A stretch of 64,000 nucleotides of DNA from Candidatus Bathyarchaeota archaeon (GCA_963726255.1 CAVSBL010000002.1:416001-480000); one strand, 5' to 3'. Counted from the first letter of the stretch, positions 19,260 to 29,404 are shown. Program-made: numbers and translations. Notes: generated by a model not told the origin, from the sequence alone.

Positions 19260-19883
19260 ATGAAGCTCTTCAAGTTTCAGTGGAAGGGCTGGAGACGTTT
19301 CATTTATGATTTTTTCGTTATTCAGGTTGGTTTTCTACTGTTTGGGTTATCGATCGATGTAATAGTTAATGCGAGTCTGGGCCTCGATTCTTGGGATGTG
19401 CTTCAAATGGCACTAACCTACCACATGCCAATAACTCTCGGGGAATCGAGTATTGGTGTCGCGGCTCTGATAGTGTTATTGGACATTATTCTGAAGGAGC
19501 CGTTAGGCTGGGGCACGATCGCGAACACGATTTTCATCGGCGTCTGGGTCGACATTCTCAAACCATACGTTCCTTCAATACCCCACCTGTTCTTACTGCA
19601 GGTCGGGTATCTTCTCCTTGGAACACTGATCATGGGATTTGCCACAGCGATCTACGTGGGCGTAGATGCGGGTGCGGGACCGCGAGATACCTTGATGCTA
19701 GCTCTGTCGAGGCTCGGGAGAACTAGCTTGCGGGTTGCACGGACATGCATAGAAATCACAGTGGTCGCGGTGGGCTGGCTCTTAGGGGGACCAGTGTGGC
19801 TTGGAACTCTAATTGCCGCATTAGCAATCGGACCAGCGGTTCAACTTGGATTCAAGATCCTAAGAGTCCGAACAACTTTCTGA
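19260..19883 (+). CDS. YczE/YyaS-family membrane protein
   Basis: LGLDSWDVL, LGWGTIAN, GAGPRDTLM, GWLLGGPVWLGT. Confidence 0.85.
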   Translation: MKLFKFQWKGWRRFIYDFFVIQVGFLLFGLSIDVIVNASLGLDSWDVLQMALTYHMPITLGESSIGVAALIVLLDIILKEPLGWGTIANTIFIGVWVDILKPYVPSIPHLFLLQVGYLLLGTLIMGFATAIYVGVDAGAGPRDTLMLALSRLGRTSLRVARTCIEITVVAVGWLLGGPVWLGTLIAALAIGPAVQLGFKILRVRTTF

Positions 19884-19948
19884 GCCAAAATCGGAATGAG
19901 ATTACCTGCTTGAAACTTGAACAAAGGCAATGTTGGATTCCTGGATTC

Positions 19949-21544
19949 CTAAAGGGATGTGGGGGACGGAGGTCGCTGGCGACGTGTACTACGCAGAACT
20001 ATGCCGAGCACAAGAACAACAAAGACAAAGATGACTATCGCCGCGGAGACTAAAGTTAGGCTAGTTCCAATTGGGGTCGTTGAAGGTTGCGCTGTAATCT
20101 GGACTTGAACCATGCTCCAGATCGCAACTCTTCCTATATCAATTCCTAAACCGAGTGTGTAGTTACCTGGCTTTGTAGTTGTTGATATGAACAGTTCAGC
20201 CTGTGCGCTGGTACTAGTTGGGCCAGCCAGTGATGGATATTGAGATGAGAACGAGACAGAACCATCTAGCGGAGTGTATGAAGACCATGAGCTTCTCAGT
20301 GTCCCGTTGCCAACTATGTCCTCAGAGGTTTTTGTCAGGAGGGAAATGGTTGTTTCATCACCGGGACTTAGCCTAAGGTACTTTTCAGAGACGAGTATGG
20401 ACACTGGGATGGATAGATTAGATTGTACCACACCTATTTTGTTGGCGCTCCACTCGGTGAACCAGATATCGCCGTTAGGTGCCAGCGCTAACCAAAGACA
20501 GGTACTGAGCGGGCCTGTCGGTATCGGAAATTCAACCATCGCGTAGTCTTTCGTATTTAGGTATCCTACACTGTTGCCTCCATGTTCTGTAAACCAAACC
20601 TTCCCATTGGAATCAATCAACAGGTCGTTCACCAACGATATCGGGTAGATGTCCTCGGGCGGAAAGTGAGTCGGGTACTTCACGATGTCGTGTGTCGCTG
20701 GATTGAATTCGACTATCCAGTTGCCACCGTGATCGGCAACCCATACGTTGCTTTGACCATCTACCGCAAGCCCGACTGGGGAGGATACAATTTGAGATGC
20801 AGTTGGGTTTCCCAATGGGTATTCTGTGAAGCTTTGATTTTCAGGGAAGAATTCACCCAGATTTTTCGCATAAGTTTCCGTGAACCATAAGGCGCCGTTT
20901 CTGTCAAAGGTTAAGTCTGCGGGGCCAGACGCATTCGTTGGAACGAGGTATTCCGTTAACTGTTTCTTGTTTTGGTCATAGAATCCGATCTTATTTCCCA
21001 GAAGCTCTGTGAACCAAATCCTATTCTGATCATCAACGATAAGCCGCATAGGAAATGAGCCGACTGTAGGGACGTCCACGGATGTGAAATTGTTTCGGGT
21101 CGGGTCAAACCGGACAAGTCGCCCGTTGCCTCCGAATACAATTGATCCGCCAGGGCCCACCGAGCCTTGTCCAGAATACTGTGTTAACCAGACGTTGCCG
21201 TTGTGATCTAGAGTCACTCCCCACATATCCCCAACTCCTGGCACGGCATACTCGGCGAATGAGTTGGTTACGGGGTCGAACTTTGCTAGCTTGCTAGCGT
21301 TCGATTCAGTAAACCACACCAAGCCATTTGCATCGACCGTGATGGCTAAAGGTGCCGACGCGGCTGTGGGAACAGAATACTCATTGATATATTCCGGCAA
21401 TGCCGCGGAAGCGGCTAGGGGGTTTGATGCATAGGTCGGTAATATTAGCAGAAAAACCAGCAGGCCTATGCAGACCAAGGACAACAAATTGCTCTGGATA
21501 TTCTTTTGAGACAAGTATGAAACTTGCAAGGGACGAAGGCTCAA
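19949..21544 (-). CDS. Membrane-anchored Vgb (virginiamycin B lyase-like) beta-propeller protein
   Basis: Repeated D.nG.vWFTE..nKiG motifs, N-terminal hydrophobic segment and C-terminal TM. Confidence 0.8.
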   Translation of the reverse strand: MSLRPLQVSYLSQKNIQSNLLSLVCIGLLVFLLILPTYASNPLAASAALPEYINEYSVPTAASAPLAITVDANGLVWFTESNASKLAKFDPVTNSFAEYAVPGVGDMWGVTLDHNGNVWLTQYSGQGSVGPGGSIVFGGNGRLVRFDPTRNNFTSVDVPTVGSFPMRLIVDDQNRIWFTELLGNKIGFYDQNKKQLTEYLVPTNASGPADLTFDRNGALWFTETYAKNLGEFFPENQSFTEYPLGNPTASQIVSSPVGLAVDGQSNVWVADHGGNWIVEFNPATHDIVKYPTHFPPEDIYPISLVNDLLIDSNGKVWFTEHGGNSVGYLNTKDYAMVEFPIPTGPLSTCLWLALAPNGDIWFTEWSANKIGVVQSNLSIPVSILVSEKYLRLSPGDETTISLLTKTSEDIVGNGTLRSSWSSYTPLDGSVSFSSQYPSLAGPTSTSAQAELFISTTTKPGNYTLGLGIDIGRVAIWSMVQVQITAQPSTTPIGTSLTLVSAAIVIFVFVVLVLGIVLRSTRRQRPPSPTSL

Positions 21545-21610
21545 CTACATAAACAAACCTAGCTTAGGCCGTTTGTAGCGTTGATTTAAGTTATAGAATT
21601 CGGACGCTGG

Positions 21611-22423
21611 ATGCCGAGATGGGTCGTAGTCATGAGTCAGATATTGAAGATCGTCCGGGAAAGACAATCGTCGAGGGTTCCCTTCGAACCGGAGCGCTCT
21701 GTAGCTAAACAAGACTTGAAGCAAATCCTCGAGGCGGCGCGCTGGGCACCCACTGCCCACAACATGCAGAACTTCGAGATCATCGTAGTGGACAGCAAGG
21801 AACTTCTGGAGAAGATAGGAAACATCAAGTCTCCGATCTCGGAAGCGTTCATCAGAGAGAATTATCAGCAGCTCTCCTTCTCGAAAGATGAGTTTCTTCA
21901 AAACAAAGTTGGAATCCTAGCCACTATGTTTCCTCCGGAATGGAGGGATCCCGCTAAGGTGGACGAAGTCCTTTGTGAAAGCAAGTCCTGGTTGCTGAGC
22001 GAAACCATGGAAGGTAGTCCAATCGTTCTGATCGTGATCTATGACCCTGGGAAGAGGGCACCCGCTTCAGAGGGGGATTTTCTGGGTATTATCAGCCTAG
22101 GTTGTGTTATGGAAAACATGTGGCTCGTTGCCCAGGACCTGAGAATCAGTTTTCACGTAATGAGTGTCTTCAGCACGGACCTTGTGGAAAACGAGTTGAA
22201 GCGACTTCTCAGTATCCCCCAATACATGAAGATTGCATTTGCCATCCGCTTGGGATACCCCGTCTCTACGTCAGCTAGATACCTGAGAGTGCGCCGTGAT
22301 CTTGAGACGTTCGTCCACGATAACAGGTTTGGAAATGAATGGCCTACGTCCTCTTACACGCCATCGTCCCTTAGTAAACGTGCGGCTTCTCACTCGAAGA
22401 AAAAACATTCAGTACGCAACTAA
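21611..22423 (+). CDS. Nitroreductase-family protein
   Basis: RQSSR, ILEAARWAPTAHNMQ, ENMWLVA, LGYP. Confidence 0.88.
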   Translation: MPRWVVVMSQILKIVRERQSSRVPFEPERSVAKQDLKQILEAARWAPTAHNMQNFEIIVVDSKELLEKIGNIKSPISEAFIRENYQQLSFSKDEFLQNKVGILATMFPPEWRDPAKVDEVLCESKSWLLSETMEGSPIVLIVIYDPGKRAPASEGDFLGIISLGCVMENMWLVAQDLRISFHVMSVFSTDLVENELKRLLSIPQYMKIAFAIRLGYPVSTSARYLRVRRDLETFVHDNRFGNEWPTSSYTPSSLSKRAASHSKKKHSVRN

Positions 22424-22692
22424 GTCTGCTTCGCGTTAGTGGCGGTCGTCTGGTTTCTTGCTTCCTTAATCTCCGCCTTGACCCTTTCCCGCGTCAGTCC
22501 CGCTGACATAGCGCTCCTGAAAATCTCTCTTCTCAACTCGTTGCAGGAATCTCTCAGTGCAAGATAGCGCAGTGAGTTTTCGCCGTTGCCATTCTTAATT
22601 TCCTCGAACAGGCCGTCACACTCGTTTTCCTGTTCAGCTAAGCTATGGATTCTGTTGTCGAACTCATCAAAACCTGTCGTCATCGCAATCAC
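22420..22692 (-). CDS. Hypothetical helical protein
   Basis: 90-aa ORF, GGAG SD-like sequence upstream. Confidence 0.5.
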   Translation of the reverse strand: MIAMTTGFDEFDNRIHSLAEQENECDGLFEEIKNGNGENSLRYLALRDSCNELRREIFRSAMSAGLTRERVKAEIKEARNQTTATNAKQT

Positions 22693-22869
22693 AGCTCCAT
22701 CGGGGTGGTCGGTATAAAGTACTTAGGCCAACTAGAATCGCAGAAACAGGGGAATCATTGTTTCAGGTTGCCGTGAAAGCTGCTATCGGCCGTCATCTTT
22801 GCATCATTTCTTCCTGTTGATGCGTTGGCTGGCATTTTGGATGGTCTTTTCTCTCGGTCTGTATGAGTT

Positions 22870-22892
22870 TGCGCACCAGCCGACCCACACAC
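22870..22892 (-). repeat. Family A site (reverse orientation)
   Basis: TGCGCACCAGCCGACCCACACAC. Confidence 0.7.
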
Positions 22893-22917
22893 GAGCATAT
22901 CCATGAAACAAAGCTCG

Positions 22918-23514
22918 CTAATATGTTATCAGAATCTTCTCTTCAAGCGTTTCTTGAAGCTTCGCGACTGCTCGGTGAACCTCCCCCTCCTTCTTCGCAC
23001 CAGTGCAAACGAGTTTTCCACTGGCGAAAATCAGAATCACGGCCTTTGGGTCATCCATTCGATAGATCAGACCCGGAAACTGTTCAGGCTCATACATGGT
23101 GCGTTTCAGTGAGTAAGTTACCTTTTCCAAATCAATATGGCCGCCTAATCCTGCCGAAGCCACTATATTTTGAACCTGAATCTCAGGCTTACCCAGAATG
23201 ACGATCCCCATACGGTTGAGCTCGTCCACAACTTTCATAACGGCCTTGCGAGCCTGCCGCTCCGACTTCGCCCCAGTACATACCATTTTACCCGAGGTGA
23301 AGATCAACGTGGTGGCCTTCGGTTTTTTCAATCGATATACTAAGCCCGGAAATTGCTCAGGCCTATATTCTACGCCAGGGCACGCACGTACGATAGAGTT
23401 CAAATCAACATTCTGATGGAGAGTTCCTGTCGCGACCACGTTCTCGATGTTGATGAACGCTTTCCTTCCAGGCCGAGGTGCCACCACAGGTAAGCTCGCT
23501 ACATCAACGTTCAT
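22918..23514 (-). CDS. tbp: TATA-box-binding protein
   Basis: Two repeats: IENVVA..YRPEQFPGLVYRL..LIFTSGKMVCTGAK and QNIVAS..YEPEQFPGLIYRM..LIFASGKLVCTGAK. Confidence 0.96.
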   Translation of the reverse strand: MNVDVASLPVVAPRPGRKAFINIENVVATGTLHQNVDLNSIVRACPGVEYRPEQFPGLVYRLKKPKATTLIFTSGKMVCTGAKSERQARKAVMKVVDELNRMGIVILGKPEIQVQNIVASAGLGGHIDLEKVTYSLKRTMYEPEQFPGLIYRMDDPKAVILIFASGKLVCTGAKKEGEVHRAVAKLQETLEEKILITY

Positions 23515-23660
23515 GAAAACTTCAACTAGATATTCCCTACATCAATGTTCATGAGAACGAAAACCCTTGCAACACTCAACGCCAATCTATTGTACTCCAC
23601 CTTAAGTGAGTATCTACAAACATCCAGACTCAACGTGACAAGAACTCGTTGAACCGTGAG

Positions 23661-23686
23661 GTGTGTGTGGGCCTAGTGGTACACAT
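23661..23686 (+). repeat. Family A site (forward)
   Basis: GTGTGTGTGGGCCTAGTGGTACACAT. Confidence 0.7.
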
Positions 23687-23740
23687 GCTCTAAGGTTTCT
23701 TTATCTACGTTTTATAACACATTATCCAGTTGTTCTGCAT

Positions 23741-24913
23741 ATGAGACATGTTTTTGACATTACCATCGTAGGCGGCTCATTTGCCGGCATCAAGTCTGCG
23801 TGGGACTTACGGAACAAGATTCCTCGCCGCCACAGGATAACCCTGATTTCCGATAAGTCTAAGACGATAATTCGAGCCTCCTTCCCGCGAGTAGTCTTCG
23901 AGGATGTCCCTCTCGAAGAACTAGCGTTAGATTTGGCTAAGAATTTCAAAGGCACGGGCATCGAGTTTATCCATGATCGTCTTGTAAGGATTGATCAAAA
24001 CGATAACCAGATCATTACAGCTGAAGGCAAGCACAAGTTTGACTTTCTAGTCGTCGCCACAGGCGCGCGCCAAGCCTACGAACTTCTTCCCGGCAGTCAT
24101 GAATATGCCAGGTCCATATGCGACCCATCCCAAATTTTGGAGACAAAGAAGGCTATCCTGAATTTTCGAGAAGGCGATTTCTATTCTGGAGTAGGAGCAG
24201 GCTATACACCCTGCGACGGCCCTCCTCTAGAAATGCTCATGGGCCTGGATCACCGCTTACGCAAGCTGGGCTCCCGCGATAAAGCCCAACTCAACTTCAT
24301 CACAGACAAGGAGAAGGTTCTGCCACCAGGCGGACCGACAATTTGGGCGTACCTAGAAAACCTCTTCAAGAAACGACGGATCAATGCTCTGCTCGGCGTT
24401 GAGCTTACAAGGCTTGACGCCGATTATCTCTACTTTGCAGACGGCTCGAAGAAACCCTACGACCTCTGCTTACTAATACCGCCTTACCGCGGCGTTAAGG
24501 AAGTGGAGGACTCTGGCCTAACAGAAGAGCTAGGTTTCATTCCGGTCGAACAGAACACCATGCGTGCCCAAAAATCTGAAAACTCGAACATCTACGCCGT
24601 AGGAGATGCCGCCGCGATCCCTGGCCCCAAGCAGGGGCACCTCGCGCTCATGCAAGCAGGCGTCGCAGCAGCTCACATCGCTTGGCGCATCAACAAGAAG
24701 GGCGAGGTACCAAGCTACATACCTGAATTCAAGTGCGTCATGTATCTTGGCGGTGGAAAAAGCCTGCAATTATACTCGCAATGGATGTCCGACGGCGACG
24801 TTCAAATAGCAAAAGCCAGCCATCAAGCTGAACTTTCCAAAATCAAATTCGAAAAACTCTTCTTCAGCCGCCGCGGTAACATCGGTGAACTTCATAGAAA
24901 AATGATAAAGTAG
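23741..24913 (+). CDS. FAD-dependent oxidoreductase, sulfide:quinone oxidoreductase-like
   Basis: ITIVGGSFAG, DFLVVATG, PCDGPPLE, NIYAVGD, PKQGH, FKCVMYLGGG (two SQR-type Cys). Confidence 0.8.
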   Translation: MRHVFDITIVGGSFAGIKSAWDLRNKIPRRHRITLISDKSKTIIRASFPRVVFEDVPLEELALDLAKNFKGTGIEFIHDRLVRIDQNDNQIITAEGKHKFDFLVVATGARQAYELLPGSHEYARSICDPSQILETKKAILNFREGDFYSGVGAGYTPCDGPPLEMLMGLDHRLRKLGSRDKAQLNFITDKEKVLPPGGPTIWAYLENLFKKRRINALLGVELTRLDADYLYFADGSKKPYDLCLLIPPYRGVKEVEDSGLTEELGFIPVEQNTMRAQKSENSNIYAVGDAAAIPGPKQGHLALMQAGVAAAHIAWRINKKGEVPSYIPEFKCVMYLGGGKSLQLYSQWMSDGDVQIAKASHQAELSKIKFEKLFFSRRGNIGELHRKMIK

Positions 24914-24954
24914 AATCCGCAGTTACTCAGCCTCCAACCAATCGCGTTAATGAT

Positions 24955-26451
24955 ATGGCAGAACAAACGAGCAACGACCAGTGGCGTGGGAGTGGCCGAA
25001 CCTTAGCGAGTGATGTTGGGGCTTCGAATTACAAGTGGACTGTTCTTCTGATCACTACGATTGGGGCTTTCATGGCGCCGTTTGATGGCAGCGTAGTGAC
25101 AATCGCGATTCCCGCCATCGCCTCCTCGATCAGGCTGGGATTGGAGGCGGCGGTTTGGATTCAACTAGCCTACCTTCTCTTTTTGACAGTGCTTTTGATT
25201 AATGCGGGTAGGCTGGCCGACCTTCATGGAAGGAAACGGTTCTACACGCTCGGGTTCATCATCTTCACCGTCGGATCGGTGCTTTGCGCGCTGTCCACGA
25301 CAGATCTACAGCTAGTATCTTTCAGAGCCTTACAGGGGTTGGGGGCGGCGTTCATTTCCGCTAATAGTCCCGCAATCGTAACCGACACGTTTCCCCGGGA
25401 AGAACGCGGTAAAGCATTGGGCATCAACACGATGGCAGTATACACCGGGCTCATGGTTGGCCCTGTGCTCGGAGGTGTTCTGGTTCAGAATTATGGTTGG
25501 AGGTCGATCTTCTTCGTGAACGTCCCAATTGGGATCGTAGTAGTTGCGTTAACCACTCTCAAATTGAAAGAGAATATGCCTGACGAGAGGGGGACAGGAT
25601 TTGACCTTCCGGGCGCAGCAACGCTCTCCTTAGGATTAGCCTCGACGCTAGTTGTGCTGACGCTCGGTGGTGTGTTTGGTTGGGTTTCAGCACCCAGCAT
25701 CCTGCTAGCTGGGCTGAGCGTTGTCATGCTGCTGTTGTTCTGGCGAATTGAGACAGGGCTAGTCCGGTTTCCCACGTTGGATTTGTCGTTGTTTACGCGG
25801 AACCGGTTGTTTGCGGCAGCGAATGCGACCGCTTTTCTGAGTTATGTTGCGGTGAACGGGGTCACGTTGACGATGGCGATCTACTTGGAGAGTATCAAGG
25901 GCCTAGGCCCGCAGACTGCGGGCTTATTCCTGATTGCGCAGGCTACGCCAATGGCTTTGCTTTCCCCGTTGAGTGGTTGGCTCTCAGACCGGTTTGGGTC
26001 GAGAGTGCTGTCAACGTTGGGTATGGGCATTGTAAGTATGGGGTTGTTATTGTTTTCAGAGTTGAATGCGACGTCGTCGGCGTTGGATACGGTCTTGAGG
26101 CTTGTGGTGGTTGGGGTTGGGTTTGGCTTGTTCTCGTCCCCCAACACGAGTGCTGTGATGGGTTCTGTGAGGCAGGAGAAGTTGGGGGTAGCGGCTGGAA
26201 CATTGGGTACAATGCGTTTCATGGGCCAGTCGATAGGATTGGCATTGCTTGGGATGGTTATGGCGGCCACATTGCCGTCCCAGGCTTTGCTCGCGGTTTT
26301 CGCTGGGCTCACCTCACAAGGCGGCTTGACAGTTAGCGAGTTTGTTGTGGGGATGAGGGACTTCTTCCTGATAGCTGCTGGAATAGGAGCAATTGGAACG
26401 CTAGCGTCAACGACCAGAGGTCAAGAAAACACATCGAATGCGGAAGATTGA
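24955..26451 (+). CDS. MFS drug:H+ antiporter (DHA2/EmrB-QacA type)
   Basis: GRLADLHGRKR, FRALQGLG, GWRSIFFVNVPIG, GWLSDRFGSR; many TM segments. Confidence 0.92.
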   Translation: MAEQTSNDQWRGSGRTLASDVGASNYKWTVLLITTIGAFMAPFDGSVVTIAIPAIASSIRLGLEAAVWIQLAYLLFLTVLLINAGRLADLHGRKRFYTLGFIIFTVGSVLCALSTTDLQLVSFRALQGLGAAFISANSPAIVTDTFPREERGKALGINTMAVYTGLMVGPVLGGVLVQNYGWRSIFFVNVPIGIVVVALTTLKLKENMPDERGTGFDLPGAATLSLGLASTLVVLTLGGVFGWVSAPSILLAGLSVVMLLLFWRIETGLVRFPTLDLSLFTRNRLFAAANATAFLSYVAVNGVTLTMAIYLESIKGLGPQTAGLFLIAQATPMALLSPLSGWLSDRFGSRVLSTLGMGIVSMGLLLFSELNATSSALDTVLRLVVVGVGFGLFSSPNTSAVMGSVRQEKLGVAAGTLGTMRFMGQSIGLALLGMVMAATLPSQALLAVFAGLTSQGGLTVSEFVVGMRDFFLIAAGIGAIGTLASTTRGQENTSNAED

Positions 26452-26480
26452 AAGGCGATTCTACGGGGGAATCTGAGAAT

Positions 26481-26513
26481 GCGTGAATGCGAGCACCAGT
26501 TGTACCACGCACA
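26481..26513 (-). repeat. Degenerate family A site (reverse)
   Basis: GCGTGAATGCGAGCACCAGTTGTACCACGCACA. Confidence 0.4.
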
Positions 26514-26559
26514 TATTTTTGACGGCGAATGACGACGGTTGGAACGGGAATTTGCCTGT

Positions 26560-26780
26560 AAGATGTCGTTCGGATTTCTAGTTCTATGTTTGATTAGTGC
26601 ATAGGCGATTGTCATGAAGACTGCGAGTAAGGGTAGACCGTAGGGATATTCGGGTATTGCATTATTGGTTGCCGTGAAATTCACGCATGAACTCTGTGGA
26701 ACAGATTCGGGTCCCTGATACGGGTAACTGTTGTCAAAGGCATAGACGCTGTACATGCCTGCAGGAAATGGTCTTCGCAT
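26560..26780 (-). pseudogene. C-terminal fragment of a surface protein with PEF-CTERM-like sorting signal
   Basis: AIPEYPYGLPLLAVFMTIAYALIKHRTR (PEx motif, TM, basic tail) with no N-terminal part. Confidence 0.55.
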
Positions 26781-26823
26781 GTGCGTATCAGTTGTACCTC
26801 ATCTTCGGTGACTGTCATCTTAT

Positions 26824-26850
26824 TGTGTGCGCACCATTAGACCCCGCACA
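26824..26850 (-). repeat. Family A site (reverse)
   Basis: TGTGTGCGCACCATTAGACCCCGCACA. Confidence 0.8.
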
Positions 26851-27114
26851 AAAATCCCGAATATACCTGAGAAACCTTAGCCTAAGAGTCAAGCGTGAGA
26901 ATGTAAGCCTGCTAGGGACGAGGCCCCTGACTTCGTTCGATCGAGATTGGGTTGAGGCGTGTTAACACTCATCATAATCCCGGAGATAACGCACGACCTC
27001 GAAATGAGGGCCTACATCATGCAGATGGCCCATCTCGGTATGGAACACGCACGTTCTATATGAGGTACATTGATATACCTACATCCATGCCATATACTAC
27101 TGAGAGTCGAAAAT

Positions 27115-28560
27115 ATGCAAAGAAAACAATTAGCATACACAGCCGCATTCATCCTACTTCTAGCCCTCCCATTTCTGTCAATTCCATCACTCACAGCGCC
27201 CCAGCAATCAAACCTCCAGTTCGAACCACTCATACTCTTAGCCCCCGACGACGCCCAATACCCAACCGTCGGCCCATTCGCGTGCACAACACCAATCCCA
27301 GTCCGCTACTCAACCTCGTTCCACTGCTACAACCCCGCCAACATAACCGAAGCATACGGCGTCGATAGCCTCCACGCAGCCGGAATTACAGGAGCAGGCG
27401 AAACAATAGTCATAGTCGACGCGTATGGCAGCCCAACCGCACAGAACGACCTAAACTTCTTCAGCACCACCTTCGGTCTCCCAAGCGCCAGCCTCACCAT
27501 CGTCTACCCCGACGGCACCCCAACCTGGAGTCCGTCTGCGATGAAAGGCGTCAAGGTCAACTGGGCCGTGGAAACAAGCCTTGACCTGCAATGGGCCCAC
27601 GCCATAGCCCCGGGCGCTAAACTAGTCCTCATCGCAACCAACCCAGCAGAGACACAAGGCGTGCAAGGATTCCCGAACATGTTCAAAGGGATCCAATACG
27701 CCATCAACAACTATCCAGGCTCAGTCGTAAGCCAGAGCTTTGCCGCTACCGAGCAATCGTTCCATTCAGCAGGCGACGCAATAATCCGACAATTCGACAA
27801 AGTATACCAACAAGCCGAAGCTAACTATGTGACCGTCATTGGGGCCTCAGGCGATAGCGGTACAGCGAACTCCATAGGCGGCCAAGGCGCGTCCACACCC
27901 AAACCACTCGCCTACCCAACAGTCAATTGGCCATCCTCCGACCCGCTAGTAACCTCCGCAGGCGGAACATGGCTTCAATACAACTGGACATGGACCCCAA
28001 CCTCGCCGACAGACCTAACCTACGCCACAACACCCGGCTCAAAGACTGAAGCCGTATGGAACGAACCATTCCTGCCCGCAGCGACCGGCGGCGGACTCAG
28101 TACACTATTCTCAAAGCCATCATTCCAATCAAGCATACCTTCCAGCCTATTGAACGGCCAACGCGGATTACCGGACCTATCATGGAACGCAGCAGTTGAC
28201 GGCGGAGTCCTAGTCTACACAAGCTTCCCAGGATTGGGAACCGGCTGGCACATAGTAGGTGGAACCAGCGCAGCCTCACCACAACTAGCAGGCCTAATCG
28301 CCCTCGCAAACCAGAAAGCTGACATACTCGGCAAGAGCCACCACGTCGGCTACCTCAACCCAATCCTTTACACATTGCCAGCCTCCGACTTCAACGACAT
28401 CATCCCACAAACCTTCGGCAGCGTAACAATAGACAACAATTCGCTATACGGCTCAGGCGTCGCAGGCTACTCAGTGACGGTAGGATACGACCTCGCCACT
28501 GGATTCGGAAGCCCGAACGCAGCCAACTTCGTCAACGACCTCGCCAACGCACTACCCTAG
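27115..28560 (+). CDS. Secreted S53 (sedolisin/kumamolisin-like) peptidase
   Basis: Signal peptide; ETSLDLQW (Glu/Asp), ASGDSG, GGTSAASP (Ser), YDLATGFGSP. Confidence 0.9.
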   Translation: MQRKQLAYTAAFILLLALPFLSIPSLTAPQQSNLQFEPLILLAPDDAQYPTVGPFACTTPIPVRYSTSFHCYNPANITEAYGVDSLHAAGITGAGETIVIVDAYGSPTAQNDLNFFSTTFGLPSASLTIVYPDGTPTWSPSAMKGVKVNWAVETSLDLQWAHAIAPGAKLVLIATNPAETQGVQGFPNMFKGIQYAINNYPGSVVSQSFAATEQSFHSAGDAIIRQFDKVYQQAEANYVTVIGASGDSGTANSIGGQGASTPKPLAYPTVNWPSSDPLVTSAGGTWLQYNWTWTPTSPTDLTYATTPGSKTEAVWNEPFLPAATGGGLSTLFSKPSFQSSIPSSLLNGQRGLPDLSWNAAVDGGVLVYTSFPGLGTGWHIVGGTSAASPQLAGLIALANQKADILGKSHHVGYLNPILYTLPASDFNDIIPQTFGSVTIDNNSLYGSGVAGYSVTVGYDLATGFGSPNAANFVNDLANALP

Positions 28561-28688
28561 CCTTGAAAAAAGGCCAGCAACTCTCCCTTCCCTTTCTTTC
28601 TTTTCCAGATCGCGATCTTAACCTCACGGTTGAATCGTACCTTCGCGGTGTATCTTGATTTGTATGATTGCTAGTATCTTTCGGAAAC

Positions 28689-29303
28689 TCACAGGGTCTT
28701 CTTCAGGGCCCGTATGTTGAATGTTGTATTGGCGCAACCATTCCTGATTAAAGGCACATTTTGACCTGGCAGCCCCGTCTTCTCTAGCAGCCTTTCAGCT
28801 AGCTTGATCTCCTCGCCGCAGGCGACGCCCACAAGTGCCTCATAACGGCCTTTTTGCAGAATCTGATGGATACATGACCCGCCCGGCAGAACATAAACAT
28901 CGTACCCTCTCTCCTCCCCAGCCAGTGTCGCTTGGTTTACCAAGCAATCGGGTGAACAGTGAGAGCAGCGGTATGATGGAATGTTGGAATCGAAGACGGC
29001 TTTACAGCGATTGTCCATATATTTCCTTGAGCAGTGAGGTAGCAGCAGCACTCGCCTGGAAGTTCTTACGAATCTTTCCCGGTTGTTGAAATTCTTAGTC
29101 TGGATATCTATCAAATCTTCGAGGAGCATTAGAGCTTGAGCAAAATCCAACCCTGTGATCTCCTGAACTCTGAATCGCTCAAGAAGACGCAGAGTTGCCT
29201 CACCAATTCTTCTGTGCAGCCTTCTCTTCTGGGCAGCCACCACAATTCCTGTGAAGAACGATTGAGATAGCCGTGTCAGGTCGAACTTGAATTGGTAAGG
29301 CAT
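28689..29303 (-). CDS. DUF116-domain protein
   Basis: LLLPHC, C..CSPDC, YVLPGGS, VGVACGEE, NGCANT. Confidence 0.82.
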   Translation of the reverse strand: MPYQFKFDLTRLSQSFFTGIVVAAQKRRLHRRIGEATLRLLERFRVQEITGLDFAQALMLLEDLIDIQTKNFNNRERFVRTSRRVLLLPHCSRKYMDNRCKAVFDSNIPSYRCSHCSPDCLVNQATLAGEERGYDVYVLPGGSCIHQILQKGRYEALVGVACGEEIKLAERLLEKTGLPGQNVPLIRNGCANTTFNIRALKKTL

Positions 29304-29371
29304 GAGTCTCGTATTACCGCCAGGAGCAATAAGCTCACAGGGCGAGTCCTGGTTTTGGTACTTTATCGGAA

Positions 29372-29404
29372 GTGCGTGCGCGCACCAGCAGACCCCATAC
29401 ACAC
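29372..29404 (-). repeat. Family A site (reverse)
   Basis: GTGCGTGCGCGCACCAGCAGACCCCATACACAC; abuts the stop codon of the adjacent gene. Confidence 0.75.
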
